From assembly GCA_000934665.2 (NCBI GenBank), contig KZ538087.1:1-64000 (forward strand): 64,000 nucleotides of DNA, written 5' to 3'. The position numbers were made by a program, and so were the translations under genes. Below the pieces are notes generated by a model. That model had not been told where the DNA came from and made no database searches. It saw nothing but the letters and a program-made list of their open reading frames with translations. This DNA is from Catajapyx aquilonaris (lineage: Eukaryota). Shown here piece by piece: positions 36,550 to 49,466 of the stretch; position 1 is the first letter of the stretch, and each line of letters opens with the position of its first letter.

Positions 36550-39500
36550 TATGTGTTCTGTTGCTCAGATGTTCCACAATGATCCAATCGGATAGTTCTC
36601 CAGGTCTAACGTCCTTCGACGATAAATCCATTCTTTGTCGGGCTTCTTGCATCCATCATGACAAATCCACGTCACGTATCGTGCCATGAACTGCTAGATG
36701 TGCTGAGCATGCCGAAGAAGTCCTATAGCCACGAATAGAAGTCATCAGAGAGTCTGCAAAAAAAAAAAGGCAGGGAAGACTAGTATGTAATTAAAAGCCG
36801 GTAAAGATGGGCGAGCTTAGAATGAGATTAGTATCAGATTGCGACTTGTTGTAGAGTCAGCAGAGATTACGTCTGTTCCTGTTGCGCGTGTAATTAGGAC
36901 AAGGACGGAAGGGTTTAGTACGGCAACTTGATTTGCTCCCCATACCACACACTAAAGTTCTGCCAGAGAAGTTGCTGGGGAGTAGAGGCGGAAAAGCACT
37001 TTTCATATTGGGGAGGGGAGTGGGAGGGTAAAGCGGGGGAGGGAATTGCGCAGGAAGTTTCTGATTGCAAGCCGAGCAAGAGAGGAAGAAAATAATGTCG
37101 TCGTTGCCGCGTCTCATCTTCAATGCATCACCGCAGCTTCTCTGGCGGTATTGTCAACCGCCTCCTCCTATTGTTTCCTACTCTATCTTTTCATTATTAC
37201 CCCCGGAACTTTGCAGCCGGAGTCTCATATTTCTGATGCTACGCCCCTTCGAGCGGTTGTTGTCGGAGGGAGGGGGGGGAGGGACTCCCGGATATTCAGG
37301 CATCGGGTTAGTCCTCCCCCACATCTCCTCCACCCCCCTTCATCATGGCTCGTTTTGTAGCTTTGCTGCCTGGAAAACCCGGAATCGGAATGTCTGCATC
37401 AATTGCCTGTTAACACGCCATTGCTTTTAACATTCACATTGTCAACTAGCACGGTTTGTGCTGCCGAACAATAAGCCGCATGCTATGCAAACTGGATTTT
37501 TACCCGGATGAATAAAATTGTTCCGTGCCCCGGATCACTTGGGCATGCAAGTAACATTGTGTGTAACCTTTTGTTTTGTCTCAAAGGCATGTAATGAGGG
37601 AGTATATGTGGCCCCCACCAGGGTTAGCTCTCTCTTTTCTATAAGCCTTACAGGGGGGGGGGGGGGGGGGNGGGGGGGAGGCACATCATGAACATGGGGG
37701 TGTTGTGAAAAGAATAAAAAAAACTTTGAATATTCCGTGTGCCCTTTATGTATAGGCGTAGGGCTTGAATTGATTCGGCCAGTTTTCCCCATTTAGCCAC
37801 ATTCATAGAGCAAGTTGGAAAAAAAAAGTGTTAGAGCTAGGGCTGGAAATGGATCTGGTGCGTGCTGCGTGGAGCGTGAAACGCAAACGCACGAATTGGA
37901 AGGGTCCACGTGACTTGGGCATCAGTCGCCGATTCCAGACCAATTTTCTGTCGCCTCATATGTCTAAACCGCACACTTCTTTGTAATCCATGTGGGAACG
38001 GGGTGTCCAATTCCGGCCGGCTTTTCCAACCCGAGTTTCAAATCCCATCGTGGCGTGTATTCCATCGTAATTAGCCCTGGCCGCCGCTTTGAATTGTAGC
38101 CAGTTTTCAGGAAAGGTCCTGGGCTCGTTGTATTTACTTTGAACGTGACAAATTGCAGGCTGGGAAAAAGAAATAACTGTAAAGGCGGAGTCGACGACCT
38201 TTTTATCAAGCGAATTAAATTTTATAATGAATCTACTCTTCTTGGCCGCTCTTTATTCCTCCACCACCCAAAGCACGCATGAGCTCCAAGCTCCAGGAGA
38301 AACATGATTCGGCCCTGAAAAATTCAGGATCCAGTCAAAATACACCTTACCTTCTTTTGTCGTCGCCAGTCCTTGTTGCATAATTCATATCTGCCCTTGC
38401 TCTACAGTAGAATTGGTCCTGCGTATAATAATTTCAGATGCGGTAATGGTGGACACATTGACTCCCGGAAGGAACCTTAAAAAAAAGGAACGTCCAGTTT
38501 TGGTCCCACATATACACTGTATGGGAACCTTCACTTAACCTGTAAGCTCGTGTCCATTCCATAATTTGCAGTGTAATTTTTTTCCGGGTATAGGGGGAGG
38601 GGGGGTGCGCAGCCATTTCAGCAAAGTGCATTTTACACTCGGCCAGAGTTACCCGGATTCATCCGGAGGCTATGCCGAGAGCTTTTCGGCCGGCTGACAC
38701 GCAGGTAATTTTTCATGGAATCTCACGAATTTGAGACTAAAAGCAAAAACGGGTGTCCCTCGGTCTCTGCCTCCGACTTTACCGAATATTTCATCAGCAA
38801 TGGGATTTCCTGCTGTTGGAGAAGAAGGGGCGGGCTGGGTGGGGATGGAGTTGGCAAAGTGAAGCAGTCATTTCCGTCTTAAGGGAAGAAGTTTTTTTTC
38901 TTCTTCTTCTTCTCTCTTCCCGCTTCTTGCCACTCATCGATTACAACTCTAGGGAAGGGAGGAAAATCAATTGGCTCTCTCTTTTTTTCTACATTTACGA
39001 TGCATTTCAGGGGGAGTGCCTACGGCAATGAGCCCATGCCGAGTGATGTAAACAGGGATGTAATCCACACAGTCATTTTGGGCCGGAGTGGATTATGCGG
39101 ATTCAAACGAGCTGTTGAAACGGATCATTCAATTTGTTTCAACATACCCGAGCTGGCCTGTACAGCAATACCGCCCGGATATATAACCCAGCTTGGTGAC
39201 AGTTGCCAGAGCCCATGGAGCAAAGAAGTTCCCGTCAGAAGACAAACACCAATATTATGAGCCTTCCCTGCAGCCTATTTGGCCAACTTTTGTGTGGCTC
39301 TGGAAATGCCTTTTGTTTCTCAGCAAACACTAGCGCTCCCGACAAATCTCCTCTGAAGGAAGACATGTGAGAGATATACTCTGGCTCGTATATAGCCCGC
39401 GATAAGGGGCATCGCCTTCCAGCTATATACCAACAACTCCTCCAGGATGTGGCTGGCGATGTTAACCAGCCAGGCACATTTCCGTCTTCCTTGTAATGCT

Positions 39501-40862
39501 TCTCAAAACGTGACAACATCGCCGAGGCATCATTAGCTCTTCTTGGCTCCCCCCAACGGACCTCGTTACCCTTTCGGTCCCTGCTATCTTATAACCGCGC
39601 TCCTAATTCAAGCCTTAATGTCATTTTCATCCTACAGCAATATGCAACCCAAGAGCCTGGTGGTACCTAGTAGCTGAGAGAATTTTAAACAGCACGATTG
39701 GTAGACCAACGACTGCAAAAAAAAAAAAAAAAAAAAAAAAATCAGGGAGCGATGATTCGCAGTGGCTAGTCGTGAATCCCTCCCCTTATTTGTCAGAGGC
39801 ATACCTGCGGAGATTTCCATTCATAATGAGGGAATGAGAGGCCAAAAAAGAGATATGGGTGGGGCCGTTTCCACTCAGGGGCGGGAGGGGGTAAAAATGG
39901 CAGAGGGACAGAGGGCCATATGGCTTAAGGCCAAAGATCCAGCCTTCATTGGATCATTTGGAAGCATGGAGAGTTAGGTGCGGAGCAAGTTTTTCTCGCC
40001 ATATTTTGCCTCTAGGAAGGCCGCCTCATTAAGCGGACCGTAATTATTAGAATTGGTATAAAAAAATTATTGAAGTAGGCTAATTGCCATTGGGCATTCA
40101 GATACGCATGAGCAATAAGTGCTCGTTTGCTAGTGAAATGATGTACTGTATAGGGTGTGGGGGAAAAGGTTGTTGGAGTATATGATGCGCACCTTAAAAT
40201 ATATTAATTTATAATGTATACTGTACAAATCCGTCGCCTAAATATACCGCAAAAAACTCGGCAAATAACCAACTGAGCATTCGAGAGCCACAGGTGCGAA
40301 AAGACAACCCCAGCTGGCTTGGCCCGGTCTTTCATCCCATCAGTTACACCAACATCACTCCGATTTTTGCAAAGACTCTCCCATAACTCTATTAGTTTCA
40401 GCCAAAGGTCAACGACTGAAGAAAAGGCGCCAAGTTTTATAAGCTTCGGCATTTTTTTCTTCTTCTTCCTCGCCTGTTTTTCCGAGTTGATTTCGGGATG
40501 GCCCACCACAACCCCTCTCTCCCTCTAAAAAAGACCGGACCATATCGGCCTTAATGCAACTTGTCTGGCAATAATACAGCTCGAGGCTCTTCTATCCTTT
40601 TCTTCCAAGTTTCCGCCTCCCTGCCCCGCCAAACCCATCCACCACCCTCGACTTCACCCCCCATCCAAGCCCAAGCCCTCCCAACAAGCACCGTGGCTTC
40701 CGAGCCAATGGCAGTTTTGGCGGAGCACTCTAGTCTTTCTTTTGTTATCAGCTCGGGTGCTTAAAAGTTTTCTTTATGAATAAGCTTATTTACGAGTTGT
40801 TTTGCTTCTGCAATGCGGGGATTTGAATGTGCAAGTTTCCCCGAGGTTCCATTTTACTTTCT

Positions 40863-40894
<32 letters not shown>

Positions 40895-43800
40895 NCTGAG
40901 AAAATGAATTGGGACCCAACTACCCATTACTTCTTTTTTATGGCTTTTAGGGGGCGGGCGTTGCAATATGCACATAATAGAACGCGACTCTCTCCGTCCG
41001 TCGTCTGTCAGCCTAAATGTCGACATTTTTTTCCCCTTCCTCCCCTCCTTTACACTTATCTCCCAGAAAATTTTAAGCTCTACAAAAAAAAAAAAAAGTT
41101 AGACATTCTTGCACAAAGGTTCTAGGGCGATAACAGGAGAAAAAACGGGCGTCACACCGCTTTAATTAGTACGCCACTCTCCCATCAAATTTTAGTAAAT
41201 TTCTAGGACAATCGTGCAATGTGATCTCTGTATCGCTATGTACAATCACACAAGTCTTTTACTCTTTGACAGCCCGCACACTATCCGTAATGCAGTGATT
41301 AATTATGCACCGGATCGGAATACATTTCCCCCACTATGTCTGACATATCATTTGATTTTTGGAAATCGCAGTTAACCCTGCCGACGTAATTTTCTTCTGA
41401 ACGAATTGGTGTAAATTAGTGCAAAGATGCCACGATTAAATTGTGTTGATACACCCTGCTCTCAGAGTGTACATTTCAATTAATGCACAATTAATGCACC
41501 ATTCTGCTAATAAAATGCACGTAATTGCATGGTTGTCAAAATTGTTTGCTTGTTAATTTGTTGACCCATTTGGTTGTTCCACATAATACAGGCTAGTATT
41601 TTAGGCATGTGTGTAGTAATTCTGGCACCAAGATTTGAGTGTTATATATTAATATTTGTTTATTTTTTTATTTTTGTTACCCCGTTACAGGGCGGAGGCC
41701 TTTTGGAGGGGGAGGGTTATATATTAATATATTAATCATAAATAAAAAATATATTTTTGCCACGTGAGAGTCATTATAGCATATAGCCTTAAGGTGAATG
41801 TATTGAGGACGACGTTGGCAACGTTTGGAATTCTTGGCCCGTTTGGTTATTTCAAATTGGTTCAAGGGGGGACAAGAGCGTGGATTCCGAAGGATGGGAG
41901 GGGGAAAAAAGTATATAAGTTATGTGTAGGGAAAGGGCGGTTGCACATCAGAGGAGAAGAATGACGAAATCCTTCAGGCCTGCTTTTCAGCAGCGAAAAT
42001 TTCATTGTTCCCGAAAGGAAAGAGGGGGGGGGGAGGGGGGGGGCACCTGCAGACCTTTAGCATTCATTCGCTCCCCCAAACTCCCATTCTTTAGGTGCAT
42101 TTGAATGCTGCGGCAACAGAAGGAAAATGACATGCGTGGAAGGGACCGGATTAGATTAGACCTCCGGAGGCCCATAAATCTGCATAAAAAGGGAGAATCC
42201 TGGACAGCGTACAGGGGATATACAGCGATAGACGCCCGTGTTTGTAAACACCGGGGATGAATCGGTTTTTTGGGGGATTCCGAATGGCCCATTTCGATTT
42301 GCTGTTGTTCAAGCCAGGATTTCTCGCCGGATATTTCAACCGGGGGTGTCGAGCAAACAAAAAATATAGATGGTATACTGTAGCGCAGCTAGGCTTGTAT
42401 AAACTCAGGTGGAAGAGCCAGACTCTAATCCTGCAGGGTGCCATGGCATGCCAAGCACTGTCTCCCAGGCCTTCTCTCAGATATTGCAATTGAGCCTCAA
42501 ATGACGCTGCAACTGCCTGTCCCAGATTGCAGTAGAGAGCGTTCTGTGTACCAGATACTGTGCCACCGAATATCTACGATAATGAATGCATGCCGGAACC
42601 AACAGCATAGAAAATGAGATGCTCTTGGAGCCGCTTTTCCAAGCTAGCTCTACTGAAACATGTAAAAGGCCTAAATTGCCCATGTATTCCCCAGTATAAT
42701 TTAAGCTCCTTTGTCAGTATCTTCTGCAGACAGTTTATAGCCATGTAGAATCCTGATATAATGCTCGATAAATCAACTACACTAAACTCCAGGCAAAATC
42801 TGGACTCCTTTTTGCTTCTCACAGGAAATCACATTTGGAATTGCAAATGGGAGTTGGTTTCGGGAGCCTCTAGGAAAAGTGGGTGGGTAGGAAAGTTTAA
42901 AAAAAAAATCTGTGAAAATATATACGCCTAGTTCTGCAGCTAACTGCACTAATAGGTGCATTTCTAGGGAAAAAAGATGGCTGCGGATGCAATACGAATG
43001 TGACGCTTCTCGCATTACGCTCTCCTTACGACGCCATATCCAAACAGGGCTTGGCGGGCTCCGGATTAAGCAGCAGGACAGTTCTTAATCGCTACAATTT
43101 CTTGGTTATGCCTTCCAGAATGGTGTCGTTTACATTATACGAGCAAGCCAATCCCGTTTCATGTACATCATCCTCCAACCCCCCCCCCCCTCCTCCTCCT
43201 CCAACTTTGGAGGCGCCTTGCATAAAGCCAAACCAGAGCACCGTCCTTGTAACCATAGGAGCAAAAAAAAAAATAACACGTCTGAAGCCCGACGCTGTCG
43301 AGAAAATTATATGCAAGAAAGCGGAGGTCGTTCCTTGTTATCTAGACGAGGATAAAAACGCGGTTAGAATAAGACATATTTGGGCCAGGATCGAAACCGC
43401 AATAACCGCGCAGCATTATTTCCCGGGAGGTGATTCACGGCGCTTTTCACATGTTCCTCCCTTTTCCCTAATGAAGAGTGGAAAATTTACGCGAAATGGC
43501 CGCAGTTTTAACATCCACTGTGCGCTCGAGATAGCAGCTACCCTCCCTCCCCCCTCTTCCTCCTCCTCTCTATTGCAATTCTGGGCTCACCTCGTCCTAT
43601 CAGCTTTTTCTCGTAAAGCACAAGACGAGCTCACTATGCCCCCAACAACACTGGGAGCTACATGCATGTTTTCCATTTTTTTTTCCAGGGGAAGCCCCCC
43701 CCCCCCCCNACAACCATCATCCTCCCTTCTTGCTCCCTGGCTAATGGAATCGCGGGGGAAAAATGAAGAGATATGGAATGCGTTCAGCAGGATGGCCGGC

Positions 43801-44407
43801 AGGGGGAGAAAGTGAGTCCTCTTCATCGCTTGGTAGCTGGCCGTAGAGATGGCGCTTTTTTATATTATGAAACCTCCCCCGCACCATCCTTGGCTAATGG
43901 TCCTAAACCGGATGAGACTAGTCTTGGTCCGTCGCCTTTGCTAAGCAAAAGGACACCAGGGGTTACACAAGACCTGTCCTTCCCAGGCGTTGTGGTGTCA
44001 AATATGGCGACCCTTTTTGAGGGGATGGGGGAGGACTAATGTCATGAAAGGGAGGAGAAAGAATTTGTGAAGATCTGATTTACCGCTAGTGTAAATTGAT
44101 GTAAGCTTGACTATGGTGTCAGACGGGGGGTGTATATTTTTTGGGGAGTATACGTGTGGGCGGTACACTTCAGACGCATTACGGATTACTAGGCTGTGAC
44201 TCATATGTGCAGTGCGGCGAGAGACCCTGAATTAACGGATAAAAATGAGCTTGCTCTTGTGTATACCTTGCAGAAATTTATTACGTTATAGGTAGCAGGC
44301 TACTGTACAATCAATTTCGGTTGAAAATCCTTTTTTGTGTGTGAATACAGGGAAGCATGTTCGGACACCTGACGTGTTCCGGTTAATCATTCTTACCTGT
44401 GGAAGCA

Positions 44408-44580
44408 GGGGGCGACACGGTGGTATAGTGGTTAACGCCACAGCCTGCCACCTCTGAGGTCCCGAGTTCGATCCCCGGGTCGGACAGAGGACACTTATGT
44501 GGAAGAGTTTCGGTGGGTTCTCGCCGTGTTTGCGTGGGTTTTCTCGGGTTTCTCCCGTTTCCTCCCACTACCAAAAACCC
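44408..44580 (+). mobile_element. tRNA-derived SINE with V-domain-like core (V-SINE)
   Basis: A box TGGTATAGTGG and B box GAGTTCGATCC, then TGTGGAAGAGTTT...GTTCTCGCCGTGTTTGCGTGGGTTTTCTCGGGTTTCTCCCGTTTCCTCCCAC. Confidence 0.8.
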
Positions 44581-44601
44581 ATCTCTACCAGATAGCCTTA
44601 A

Positions 44602-45014
44602 AGGGACACTCCACTCAAAAAACAAGTTTGGCTCTAAAAATCTGGCAAAAATCATGAATCCGAAGGTGCAATCCGTTTTTCGCTACGCGGAACGATAATC
44701 CCAGGACGATGGGTCAAAGTGGGGAAATTCAAATAGTGCGCTAGAAGCTGGCCGTCCGCCAGCGACGCCCTCGGGACCTTGGGAACTGGAGGGCTGCTCC
44801 CGCCTGCCCGCGCGCTTAGGCCCATCCCAGAGCGGTGCAGCCCTCCAGTTCCCTTGTTCCCCGCGTGGCGGCGCCGCTCATTAGCAGACGACACACTTTG
44901 ACACCTCGCCCTGGGATTACCGTTCCGCGTAGCGAAAAACGAATTGCACCGTCGGATTCCGGATTTTTTGCCAGATTTTTAGAGTCGAACTGGTTTTTTA
45001 AGTGGAGTGTCCCT
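44602..45014. mobile_element. Kolobok-like MITE with TTAA TSD and about 120-bp TIRs
   Basis: TTAA|AGGGACACTCCACT ... AGTGGAGTGTCCCT|TTAA; arms 44602-44721 and 44894-45014 are complementary with mismatches. Confidence 0.85.
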
Positions 45015-45018
45015 TTAA

Positions 45019-45453
45019 GTGGGTTCTACACAGTCGATCCGACTCCGCCTCTCTCCGACTCGGAGGCCTCGGACACCCTGTTCAGACAGAGGTCTGCTGT
45101 TCGATGTCCGATGCTCGATGTTCGATGTTGGAAGGTGGGGGGACACATTTTTGTGGAGGGGGGTGGAGGGGGGGGGGGTGAAGTTTGTTTACTTAGAAAA
45201 GGTGGAGGTGAAGGTGGTGTGGAGGGCAGCGAGTTCGACTAGAAGACCCCACTAGCCAATCAGAGAGCCGGGATGAGTCGAACAGTGATTCACACAGTCA
45301 ATCCGACGTTTTGCCTCGCCCATTCTTCCGTCTCTGACCTGCCTAGGTGACTTGAGCTGGCCTCCCTGGCTCCGACGTCGGATCCGACATGGAATGCCAT
45401 TTACACAGAAGGTTCGATAGTCGAATTCGGTCGAAGTAGGAGTCGGATCGACT
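45019..45453. mobile_element. MITE-like element (possibly PIF/Harbinger), right end truncated
   Basis: Perfect 15-bp inverted repeat AGTCGATCCGACTCC (45032-45046) / GGAGTCGGATCGACT (45439-45453), with internal ACACAG and TCCGAC repeats. Confidence 0.55.
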
Positions 45454-45540
45454 TAAGTTGGTTTGGCACAACCAACAAACCTTACTTATGGAAGTCAATA
45501 ATGCTACATAGTGCTTTGTTACAAGAAAGCCTTTTAATGT

Positions 45541-45578
45541 CTAACCTAACCTAACCTAACCTAACCTAACCTAACCTA
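45541..45578 (-). repeat. Interstitial (TTAGG)n arthropod-telomere-type repeat
   Basis: (CTAAC)7 CTA on the plus strand. Confidence 0.9.
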
Positions 45579-46305
45579 TTTGGCTGAATTTATATTTTAT
45601 CTCTTGATTACTCCCATCCAGACAAGTTTGACTTGCTTCGTTAGAGCTACGTACAAACAGTGGAAAGAGCTCATTCACATTTTTCGCCGCTCCTAGTGTG
45701 TATAGGCCGGAATTTCAATTGCCATGACAGCAGTTCCGCAACAGTTTCGTCCAAGATTCACTAATGTTTGCGGATCCCCATCACGCTGCGAAGGCGGCAG
45801 ATGACAGAAAATGCCGACAGTAATGTACCGGTACGTCAAGGAAGAAACGCAACTGTGGCGTCATGGCATTTCTATTCTTGGTCTCCATAAAGTAGAGAGG
45901 TGATACCTATAATAAGCACGCAGATTTGATACAGTTTGGTACACCTGTACACAAAATGGGCCTCCATGTTGTGGGAGCCTCCGACTTAGTGTTTGACGGG
46001 ATATAATTAAGCCGTAAAAATCTATGAGACACTAGCTGTTTTTTTGTTCTGAAAAAGAATTGGCCATGCAAATGTGGGTTCTCAGTGTCGTTAAAACGTT
46101 CGATGCCAATTGTTCCAAAGAGCCATTCTCAATTAGAAATTAATTGCAATTCACAGCTTGGTTAGATAATTTAATTCGGCCCAAGATTAGTAGTTAACTT
46201 AATACTTTTGAAAACAAATAAAAGTAACTCCTTACAAATAGGCATCTCATTAACAAATATTGCTAACTGAATAATGCAATTGACCTCTCCTGCTATACAT
46301 ATCTG

Positions 46306-46420
46306 GGGGTGGAGCCATCAAATGTCGTAAGTCAAATTTTCGTCGTAACCATAGTTAGTTAATTATTGTAACTATGGTTACGACGAAATTTTGATTTACG
46401 GCATTTGATGAATCCACCCT
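46306..46420. mobile_element. PIF/Harbinger-like hairpin MITE with CTG TSD
   Basis: CTG|GGGGTGGAGCCATCAAATGTCGTAAGTCAAATTTTCGTCGTAACCATAGTTA ... TAACTATGGTTACGACGAAATTTTGATTTACGGCATTTGATGAATCCACCCT|CTG. Confidence 0.8.
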
Positions 46421-49209
46421 CTGGTCGACAACTAGACGTATAGATCGACTACTACACAGGGCTGTCTCTCTTATGAAGCAAACTGTTATCAAAATACTCG
46501 ACCAGGGGCATGTCGACAGGATTTCTGAAGACCATTATCAACTGTTTTTTGTTTTTTACTTTGAAGTAACGGTTACTGTCAGATGAACTCGAAACGGAGC
46601 AATAGATCATACTGGTTCTTTGTAACGTATCTTTAGAGGTATCAGTTATGGCTAAGGGCAAAACAAGGGCAGGTACATTACAACACCGAGGCAAGAGTAG
46701 TCAAGAATATACAGAATAGAGCATACAAATATACCACCTTGACTACGGTTCTTTTCTGAGTGCCGATGACACGCCAAGATGAAAACCTCTCCTTTGTTTC
46801 AAGCCCTATTCAAAAACAAAAAAAACCAGACCCCGCCAAACGCTACAGTGTACATTCTATGCAGCCCAGCTTGTGTACAAAAACCTCATAGAATGAAGAT
46901 TGTTCATAGCAGACGGCACCAGTTGTGAAAGCAGGTTATAGCCACAGAAAAGCGCAATGGCAGGCAGTGAAGAGGTAGGCGAGCATCAGTAGCTCCCCCT
47001 TTTCAGCTCTCCTGGAAATAATGGTTTCCCGACACGCGCCGGAGATCCCAGCTGCTAGACCCCCACTCTCAAACATCCATAAATCGCCCGCTTGTTTTCA
47101 AGTGACTCTTGAGCCGTGCGGGAGGATTCCAGAGTGACCCGGCCGCCCCTTTGAGCCAAGGAGGGAGGCCCAAATGAAGAGCGGCGTCAGGTTGGATTTC
47201 CCCAGTCTGCAGCCGCATGCATGCTCAAAGAATATAAAAAGAGTCCGGTGCTAGCTGCAGGCGACATCCCCGAAAACCAGGAACCTAAATTAAAATTCTG
47301 CTGCTCGACTTGTGTCCGAATTTTATGCTAATGATTCATTCTGGCGGTCAACTTTACGCTCGGTCGGTTTTCCACATTTCCAACCAGATTTTACGGCATC
47401 TAGTCGCCAGACGTGGCGATAAAGAGGCGGCAAGTCGACACCATGTCAATTTCATGAAGGACTATCCAGCTCTCCCACGACAATCAACTTGGGGACACCA
47501 ATAACCCAGACACCCTAAATCTGCAGATATGCCCGAATGATTTTTTGCCGAATTTTCTTTTTTACGAACAAATTAAGAACACTGAACAAAATGTAACATT
47601 TGTAAAAGTGTCCTATATATAGAATTCTAGGTATGTCTGGGTTAATGGTTTCAAATTGTATGAATGATCTACTGTATTTTACTCCCGCTTTTCCTTGTTC
47701 ATTCCACCAAAGCTTCCCCCATGTAATTTATAGAGACAGTGGTTCAATTCCCCCCCCCTGTCTTTTTTTTTTTTTTTTGCAGATTGTTGCTTACCTATAC
47801 GGACGGATTTATCGACCATGATCTTTCTCTAGACAGTAATTTATTCCGAGTGATTTGGGCTGTAACCGGAATGGGCCATGCATACAGTTCTATCTTATTG
47901 TGGAATCAACGGGCGCCTCGATCAACGAGGATGAACCTCGTGTACATCGGATTTCGTGTAAACTGAGGGTGGGTTTTGGCCTGATTTCCTTGTGTACTGG
48001 ACCAAGCCAAAAGGGAAAGGGGGAGGCGGGGTGGTTCATAAATACTCCAGCAATGACGCCGACGGACTTGATTTACATTAACTTTTGTGTTTGCAGTTAA
48101 AAGCTCATTACGCGTCTATTATGAATTATTAGTGCTGTTAAGGAGGGGACTGAATGGAGGGAGGGCGGTGCAGGCGACCTTAAATGCATGCATGAAGTGA
48201 TTATGAGACCCTCTAGTCTGTTATATTGCACTGCGTAAAATTGGGTTTCGCATACATATTTCATGCATTGCTCAGTACAAACAGCCCCTCCACACTTGTT
48301 AGCAGGGAAGCCGTCATTTTCTCTATAAAAACGTGGACCCACTCCACTAAGAGCTCTAATTTTGATTATTCATAATGCATTTCCCAGACTTCTTTTGATC
48401 TGCATTAACGCTGACAGCTTTTCCCGTGTTCAGCTTTACACAATCAAAAGGACAAGGGGAGCTGGAAAAATACATGTAGTGTTTCAAACTTATTTGGTAA
48501 TGTTGTTACTACTGCTGTTATTGTTGGTATAATAGTATTGTTGTTGTTGTTATTCTTATTAAATGGTGGAAGCCAAGAAATAAGTCAGAAACATTTTAAA
48601 GTAGTGATCTAGCCGCAGGCCATTTCGTCTTCAACTCAACCCAACCCAACTGCATTCTACGAGTTTCGTATTTACAGTGCAGTAATTAATATTATTAAAT
48701 GATATAATTATTAGGTGAAAATTGTTAAATTTTGAAAGACAAACTAGTTATTTTGGTCCTAGCTCGATAGTGATTTGATTTTCATATTCCTCTGAATGAT
48801 GACACAGCGTGATCAAAGGCTTTGTCCACAATTCCTTCATGGTCCAAGCGAATACTGTACAGGTATCTATAAATTGCTGTAAAATAATGAGTTCATATAT
48901 CCTTAGGCAAGATATTATTTTTTTTGTAGATCGACATGAAACAGCTCTCTGTGAAGTTCGATATGTGCCGTTACATTCTCGATTTAATAATAAAAGTTGT
49001 AATGAGACGCAATCAATTCCACATGGCACGGATTTAAATATAAGCAAATTTTTAAATCCATCATTAATTTTTCTGTAAGGCGGCTGAAATGGGTCTTAAA
49101 AGTACTGGTAATAATAATATAATCATAATTGGGTTTAGTGCTCCGCCCGTTGAGGGCATCTGGCATAGTACCTTATTATTTGCTTTTCCGATGTTACAAG
49201 CTTGGTCCT

Positions 49210-49466
49210 TTTACGTAACGCCCGGGTACCGCGAGCGAAGGGGGATGAGTCGGAGGGGATGTGGAATGTGCAGTGCAGTACAGTTGCTATGGTCATTTTG
49301 TGAACTCCCCCGGGTGGTTGGTCTACGGAAATCCCACCCGAGACGAAGCCAGAGATGACCCCGAACTCTGCACGAGCTGAAGGGGGGAATGCCCGAGTTT
49401 GGTATCGAACCCGGGACCCTTACATCCGTGGGCGCATACGTTACCGCAGCGCCACTCCGCCTCCCC
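49210..49466 (-). mobile_element. tRNA-derived SINE (family 2), copy B
   Basis: A box TGGCGCTGCGG and B box GGTTCGATACC on minus; shares TTTTGTGAACTCCCCCGGGTGG and ACGAAGCCAGAGA with copy A. Confidence 0.8.

Noticed and set aside
43000..43815. 271-aa plus-strand ORF
   Set aside because: Non-ATG start, low complexity from poly-C/poly-A runs, contains an N, no recognisable domain
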